IMG/VR virus record: IMGVR_UViG_3300021087_000674
Length of the DNA stretch: 64,000 bases
Origin: an uncultured virus (IMG/VR IMGVR_UViG_3300021087_000674)
Lineage: Duplodnaviria; Heunggongvirae; Uroviricota; Caudoviricetes
Strand: one strand, 5' to 3'
Positions 58,848 to 64,000 of the stretch are shown here, in pieces. Position 1 is the first letter of the stretch. Each line of letters begins with the position of its first letter. Both the position numbers and the translations under genes were made by a program. The notes below the pieces were generated by a model that had not been told where the DNA came from, ran no database searches, and worked only from the letters and a program-made list of their open reading frames with translations.

Positions 58848-61127
58848 TTACGTAGAGTGTGTAAGTGTTCTATCGTATTCCCATGCTCCTGTACCATTAC
58901 CACTAGAATCATTAACTATAAACTGTAATAAACTCCTTGTTGGTGTAAATCCTATGTTTCCTGAAGCAGTTGTAAATGTAATATCCTCTACAACTTGTTT
59001 ATTTGCATTACCCACAACAGGTGTTCTTTGAATTGTACCACTGTTAGCGTTATAATTACCACCTGCAAAGTTTAGTCCTGTACCACTACCATCTAAATCT
59101 ATAGTTAGTGAAACGAAATTAGGATATTCAGCAGTAAATTCTGCCGCCTGTACTGTATAATTACCATCAATATTTGCAACAGGACCCGCTCCAAACGTTG
59201 TTCCTGAAACTACAACTGCCTGACCTGCCTCATAATAGTGAGAGACAGTCATAGTAAGTTTAGTAGTTTGTCCTAAACTAACATCATCAATACCTGTTTG
59301 AACAGCATTAATAGTTCTTTGTGCGGCTGTAACTGTTTGATCAACTGGTGAATAGTCTATTAATTTTACACCATCTACATTAATACCCGATACTGCTCCA
59401 CCTGATCCATAATCAACTGTACGAACTCTTGCTAATACTCCATGAGATTTAGATCCTATTGGAACTGCGTTAGCCGCCGTGACATTTGTGTTTAATGGTG
59501 GTTCACCGTTTGGTTGAGCATAAGTGGACCAAGCATTAGGTGTACTCAATGCAGAATATCCTTTTGCAGGATATAAATCTTCTAATACTTTACATATCCA
59601 ATCCCATAAAGTAGTTCCTGACCCTTGTCCTGAAATATCTAATTCTATTCCAACAGATACACTTCCGTCTACATATGCTTTAGTTACTGCATCGGATGGA
59701 TCTGATGGTGTGCCAAGTCCTGTAATTCTTTGGCTATCCATAATTGTAATAGGTTGTGGACTTTTAAGTTGAATTTTATTTGATGCATTACTACTATCTG
59801 CTTCAATAGTTAAACCATCTATTATTATTTCATCAACTTGAAGTGCAGTTAACGTTCCTAAATTTGTTAAAGATGAATTTGCTACTTGAGATCCTAATGT
59901 ATTTTCTGATAATACAATATTTGTATTAACTTTAAATGTTTTTCCTACTGCTAAATCTATATTTTCTGTTGACGTCCAACTATCTGTGCCATCTGACCAA
60001 ATAAATTGTTTATCACCTCCAGTGGATTTAAGAATTATACCTCCTTCATCCGCCGCAGTATCATCTCCAAAAACTCCTGCATCATCTATTGCTAATTCAA
60101 TATTTTTATCTTTAACTTGTAAATTAGTAACAGAAATATTAGTTTGTGTTCCGCTTACTGTAAGATTTCCTGAAATGTTTACGTCACCACCTACGTCTAG
60201 TGTTTTAGTTGGTGTTGCTTGAAATATTCCTACATAGCTATTAGTAGCATCAACTTTAATTGCCGATGTTGCTGTAGGATTACGTACTTTTAAATTAAAA
60301 TCTTGATTAGTTAATACGTTTTCTATAGTAAATGCGTTTGAATCAAATTTTAATTGAGTATTATTGTTTAAACCAACAATAACTCCTGCATTATTTTGAA
60401 CAGTTATTGAACCTGTAGTTGTATCGTTAGCATCTGCATACAAATATTGATCACCAGTTCTTGGTGTACCTGCCGCATTAGTTAAATTTTGTGCTTTAGA
60501 AACTACGCCTCTATATATAAAAGAATCTTGTACAGCATTAAAGCCTTTGTATATTGCACCACTAGGATTAGTAGTTGCATTAATTAGTTCTGTTATTTGT
60601 TGAGTTGGTACTGGAGTAAAGTCTACATTAGCCCAAGCACCTACAAGTGAACCTTGAATAGAAAACTTAATAACAGTTCTTGTTTGATTTTGTGTATCTA
60701 AAATTGATACTACTTCCCAACCTGATGTACCTTGTGCAAGTGAATAATCTGGACCAACTAATTTAAGAACTGTTCCATCAAAGAAATACATTTGTTGCTT
60801 AGAACTATCAATCCATAGATCACCTGCAACCATATTAGGTTGTGTAGTTGCAACAGTTGTTCCGCCACCGGATACAAAAGCTGTTCCATTATAAATTTTT
60901 AATTTATTTTCTGAAGAGTCATACCAAAGTTGACCTTTAATAGGATTTGCAGGAGCAGTTGTATTAGCAAAATTTTCTAATACTTTGATAAAATTTTCAT
61001 TTAATACTTCACCAAAGCCAGTATAATTTCTACCAATTAAAGTTAAGTCGCTAGATGTAGTATCGATTTGACCATCGATTAAATCTACTAATAAACTTCC
61101 ATCTGTTCTATTAAGTTTATACCCCAT
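58848..61127 (-). CDS. tail fibre / baseplate-attached protein
   Basis: Shared N-domain (GRNYTGFGEVLNENF...GQLWYD), beta-rich body, DAVTKAYVD motif. Confidence 0.75.
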   Translation of the reverse strand: MGYKLNRTDGSLLVDLIDGQIDTTSSDLTLIGRNYTGFGEVLNENFIKVLENFANTTAPANPIKGQLWYDSSENKLKIYNGTAFVSGGGTTVATTQPNMVAGDLWIDSSKQQMYFFDGTVLKLVGPDYSLAQGTSGWEVVSILDTQNQTRTVIKFSIQGSLVGAWANVDFTPVPTQQITELINATTNPSGAIYKGFNAVQDSFIYRGVVSKAQNLTNAAGTPRTGDQYLYADANDTTTGSITVQNNAGVIVGLNNNTQLKFDSNAFTIENVLTNQDFNLKVRNPTATSAIKVDATNSYVGIFQATPTKTLDVGGDVNISGNLTVSGTQTNISVTNLQVKDKNIELAIDDAGVFGDDTAADEGGIILKSTGGDKQFIWSDGTDSWTSTENIDLAVGKTFKVNTNIVLSENTLGSQVANSSLTNLGTLTALQVDEIIIDGLTIEADSSNASNKIQLKSPQPITIMDSQRITGLGTPSDPSDAVTKAYVDGSVSVGIELDISGQGSGTTLWDWICKVLEDLYPAKGYSALSTPNAWSTYAQPNGEPPLNTNVTAANAVPIGSKSHGVLARVRTVDYGSGGAVSGINVDGVKLIDYSPVDQTVTAAQRTINAVQTGIDDVSLGQTTKLTMTVSHYYEAGQAVVVSGTTFGAGPVANIDGNYTVQAAEFTAEYPNFVSLTIDLDGSGTGLNFAGGNYNANSGTIQRTPVVGNANKQVVEDITFTTASGNIGFTPTRSLLQFIVNDSSGNGTGAWEYDRTLTHST

Positions 61128-61128
61128 C

Positions 61129-63138
61129 TTACGCGGCTCCTGTATAAATTATGTAATTAATTACTAGATATGGATTCATAACACTAAATCCTTGTCCTAC
61201 AGTTCCATCTACTCCACCTGAATTAGGCATTGCTTGAGCTGTATTAGAACCTGTTGGTCCATCATATACAATTACTGCTGGATCTGAAGGCGTTGCTGTT
61301 ATATTTCTTATTCCATAAAATTGATCATTATTAGTTGATTTCATATTGTGTTGGTGATCTGGTAAGTTTGTAGAAACAAGTGTTTTCATCTCTGTACCAC
61401 TATATCCTGCTAAATTATCTGCTGTTGTATCTGTTACACGTCCAGCTTCTACTCCTCCCATATTATCTGCACCTAATGGGAATCTTCCTCTTAAATCTGG
61501 AACTTTAAACAAACTAGCATTACTAGGTGTTCCAAATTGAGTTCCTATTACGGCATACAAAGCGGCATAAGTTGATCTCGACACTTCACTACCATCACAC
61601 AATAACCAACTAGATGGAGCATTAGCTCCTCCATAAGACATCATAGATCCAATTGGTGGTGTTGCTACAGAAGATAAAAATTGATCTGCTGTAATTTTAA
61701 AAACACCTGTTGTGCCTGTAGTTCTATTAAGTATAATTTCATCTGTTGCCTGTGGTGTTGTTGTTAAAGTTTTATCTGCAATAAAGCTATTACTTACAGA
61801 AGTATTAAAAGTTTTTGTAGTTCCACCTGTTTGACCATCAAAAGTAATTGATGTTGCTGAAACATCTCCAGTCATTGCAAAAGTAGTTGCTGTAGATAAT
61901 TTATTAGCCGAACCTGCAGTTCCGCTAACTGTACCACTAACGTTACCTGTAAAATTTCCTACAAAATTGTTAGCATATACATTTAAATATTGATTATTAG
62001 TTGCTCCTAAACTATCTGTATTATTAGCAGTTGGCACAATAGAACCTGCTGTAACTCCTCCTACAACATTAAGATTAGTACCTACGTAAAGACTTTTGGC
62101 AACACCTGCTCCACCTTTAACAATTAAAGAACCTGTTCCTATTGACGTTGCATCTGTAGTACCATCTGCAAGTACATTAGCACTTGATTTAATATTACCT
62201 ATTACATCTAAAGCCTCTGTAGGAGCTAAATTATTAATTCCTACTTTAGAAGAAGAGTCTAATCTCATTATTGCAGTTGTTGTGCCTTGATTATTAACTC
62301 TAAAATCTATATGTGAACCAGATGTTTTATGTTCTACTATTCCTGCTTGTCCTTCTACTCCTACGGAAAACGTTCCGCTAGAGCCTACTTCAATTCCTGA
62401 ATCATTTTTAACTTTAAGTTGAAAATTTGCAATGTTAGTTGTGTCTGCTCTTAAAAAATTACTTGCGGCAACTGATGTTGTGCCTACTATAAGATTTTCT
62501 GCCTTCTCGGCTGTTCCATAAAATTTTCCTACACCTGCACCTGTTATATCTGCTGTACTTAAATTAAATCCTGGGTTAATTGTTGTATAACCTGTAATAG
62601 TTGATTTAGGTGTAAATGAATCTGTTGCTATGATGGCAATTGGTTTAGCATTAACTTCCAGTTGTACAACTGTATGTGAAGCATCATCAGTACCTGTAAT
62701 TGTTACAGGTTTTGCTCCTGTTGATAATCCTGAACTATATTCTGGACCTATTAAAATCCAACCTGTTCCTGTAAAAAGATATAATTGTTGATTGTCGGTA
62801 TCTACCCAAAGGTCACCTGTAATACTTTCACTAGCCGCTGGCTGATTTAATGCTTTTTTTAAACCGCCACTTGCTACCCAGTTAGTTCCATCATATACTT
62901 TTAATTGATTAGTTCCTACTGTAGTATCAAACCATAATTGACCTTCTAATGGTCTTACTGGAGCAGAGCTTTTTGCAAAATTTTCTAATAAATGCAAAAA
63001 GTTTTCAGCTATTACTGTTCCATAAGAAGTTGTAGATTTTCCTGGTAACGAAATACTCGTTTCTTGATTGACCGTATTATCTTCTACAGTAATACTGCCT
63101 TTGCTTACGCTATCAGAAAAATTAACCGTATATGACAT
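61129..63138 (-). CDS. tail fibre protein with tail collar domain
   Basis: Shared N-domain; PIGSMMSYGG...WLLCDGSEVSRSTYAALYAVIG...PDLRGRF collar motif. Confidence 0.85.
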   Translation of the reverse strand: MSYTVNFSDSVSKGSITVEDNTVNQETSISLPGKSTTSYGTVIAENFLHLLENFAKSSAPVRPLEGQLWFDTTVGTNQLKVYDGTNWVASGGLKKALNQPAASESITGDLWVDTDNQQLYLFTGTGWILIGPEYSSGLSTGAKPVTITGTDDASHTVVQLEVNAKPIAIIATDSFTPKSTITGYTTINPGFNLSTADITGAGVGKFYGTAEKAENLIVGTTSVAASNFLRADTTNIANFQLKVKNDSGIEVGSSGTFSVGVEGQAGIVEHKTSGSHIDFRVNNQGTTTAIMRLDSSSKVGINNLAPTEALDVIGNIKSSANVLADGTTDATSIGTGSLIVKGGAGVAKSLYVGTNLNVVGGVTAGSIVPTANNTDSLGATNNQYLNVYANNFVGNFTGNVSGTVSGTAGSANKLSTATTFAMTGDVSATSITFDGQTGGTTKTFNTSVSNSFIADKTLTTTPQATDEIILNRTTGTTGVFKITADQFLSSVATPPIGSMMSYGGANAPSSWLLCDGSEVSRSTYAALYAVIGTQFGTPSNASLFKVPDLRGRFPLGADNMGGVEAGRVTDTTADNLAGYSGTEMKTLVSTNLPDHQHNMKSTNNDQFYGIRNITATPSDPAVIVYDGPTGSNTAQAMPNSGGVDGTVGQGFSVMNPYLVINYIIYTGAA

Positions 63139-63141
63139 TTA

Positions 63142-63753
63142 TTACCCCTCGTTAAATCCTGTCAAACTTTGTACTCTAACAGTATAATCTATTTGAATTA
63201 ATCTGTTTAAACTTTTTTGGACAGGATGGAATACTACATGAGTAAGTAGATTTCCAGTACCACTAGGGGAGTAACTTACTAAACCTAATTCGTCAAATAC
63301 GTATAATCCGTCTACATTACTAGAATTATCTACTGCATCTTGTCCGCTTGGCTCACCATAATCTAACAAACAAGTAACTAACACATCTGTATAATTTGTT
63401 CCATTAACGTGTCTTGTTTCAAGTTTATTTCTTAATGGATCTAAATTTGATACTGATCTATCATCAACTATTTTAGTAAATGTTTGATTATATAGACTAG
63501 CATTAGTTCCTGTTGAATTAGGCGTTAGATATGTAATAATACCAGTTGGATCGATGGACGTTCCACCGTTACCAAATACCATAGAATTTATGAATCCTTG
63601 ACCAGCATTAGCAAGACTATCTGCTAGTGCTTGACTCATATTTTCATAGTGTATGGCGTTTCTTTTATTAATGAACACATGGCCCGAATCGGGATCATGT
63701 ATCTTAATATGCCCTTGAAGTAAGACGCCGCTGTTTTCTTTAATATTGTTCAT
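63142..63753 (-). CDS. putative baseplate/structural protein
   Basis: GHIKIHD...NAIH, FDELGL and HVVFHPVQKSLNR; SD GGAG and AATAAATA upstream. Confidence 0.6.
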   Translation of the reverse strand: MNNIKENSGVLLQGHIKIHDPDSGHVFINKRNAIHYENMSQALADSLANAGQGFINSMVFGNGGTSIDPTGIITYLTPNSTGTNASLYNQTFTKIVDDRSVSNLDPLRNKLETRHVNGTNYTDVLVTCLLDYGEPSGQDAVDNSSNVDGLYVFDELGLVSYSPSGTGNLLTHVVFHPVQKSLNRLIQIDYTVRVQSLTGFNEG

Positions 63754-63778
63754 TTACGCTCCAGTTCGTTATGTGTAT

Positions 63779-64000
63779 TTATTGCGGCAAAGCCAGTTCC
63801 TTTTGTCGCAAGAATCTAGCAATATCATTGTCTGATTGACTTAATGGTTTAATGCCAGATTGCCATTTTTTACCTAGTTTTCTTATAGTTATTATTTTTG
63901 TGCCAGCTATAGGTGTTGTTGTAAGTATTACAACTGGGCTTATTCCGTCTACAGTAAATTCTGCAGGAGAAGTAACGTCAGCTTCGGGACTATCTTGTCC
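63779..64000 (-). CDS. C-terminal fragment of a probable structural protein, truncated by the window edge
   Basis: Open minus frame GQDSPEADVTSPAEFTVDG...IARFLRQKELALPQ*. Confidence 0.6.
   Translation of the reverse strand, partial: GQDSPEADVTSPAEFTVDGISPVVILTTTPIAGTKIITIRKLGKKWQSGIKPLSQSDNDIARFLRQKELALPQ

Noticed and set aside
443..62290. Many short antisense or alternate-frame ORFs in the track (e.g. 443-748, 2979-3275, 12055-12339, 24645-25082, 27041-27457, 32120-32497, 42138-42623)
   Set aside because: They lie within well-supported genes and have no SD or recognisable motifs; they are shadow ORFs.
1..64000. Stop-codon reassignment as seen in some jumbo phages
   Set aside because: Genes are full length in code 11, and TAG (4121, 30480) and TGA (10443) end genes at expected positions.
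1..64000. tRNA, rRNA or riboswitch (e.g. preQ1) genes
   Set aside because: Intergenic gaps are short, and none showed a cloverleaf, T-loop or preQ1 aptamer pattern by eye; a covariance-model scan was not run.

Overview
This strongly AT-rich, gene-dense 64 kb segment comes from a large lytic myovirus-like (T4-superfamily-style/jumbo) phage in standard genetic code 11. An alphaproteobacterial, possibly SAR11-like marine, host is only an inference from the L7/L12 sequence and base composition. From left to right: (1) 1-5.9 kb holds putative internal head proteins sharing an MKxxE(I/V) N-terminus, with a SutA-like RNA-polymerase-binding motif present twice. (2) 6-10.5 kb is an auxiliary metabolic operon: QueD, peroxiredoxin, NAD-dependent formate dehydrogenase, GMP reductase and ribosomal protein L7/L12. 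(3) 10.6-33 kb carries replication and nucleotide-modification genes: family B DNA polymerase with a twin-hairpin leader, DEDDh exonuclease, probable clamp, TGT/DpdA-fold protein, two oxidoreductases, a second QueD-like protein, a GT-B glycosyltransferase, ClpP, PRTase, HIT, FolE, QueE, RNase H, and a MoxR AAA+/VWA pair. (4) 33.4-56.4 kb is a tail fibre followed by a ~22 kb tailoring island: 7 radical SAM enzymes, about 5 AspH-like dioxygenases, 4 GT-A glycosyltransferases, a methyltransferase, a GNAT, a QueC-like protein and two kinase-fold proteins. (5) 56.4-64 kb encodes minus-strand tail fibre/baseplate proteins. Patterns read directly from the DNA are seven sigma70-type promoters, many TAAATA late-promoter-like boxes (six exactly 5 nt before an SD-less ATG, suggesting leaderless mRNAs), and apparent systematic avoidance of GCWGC. 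No tRNA, rRNA, CRISPR array or mobile element was seen. All protein calls come from motif recognition by eye, not database searches.
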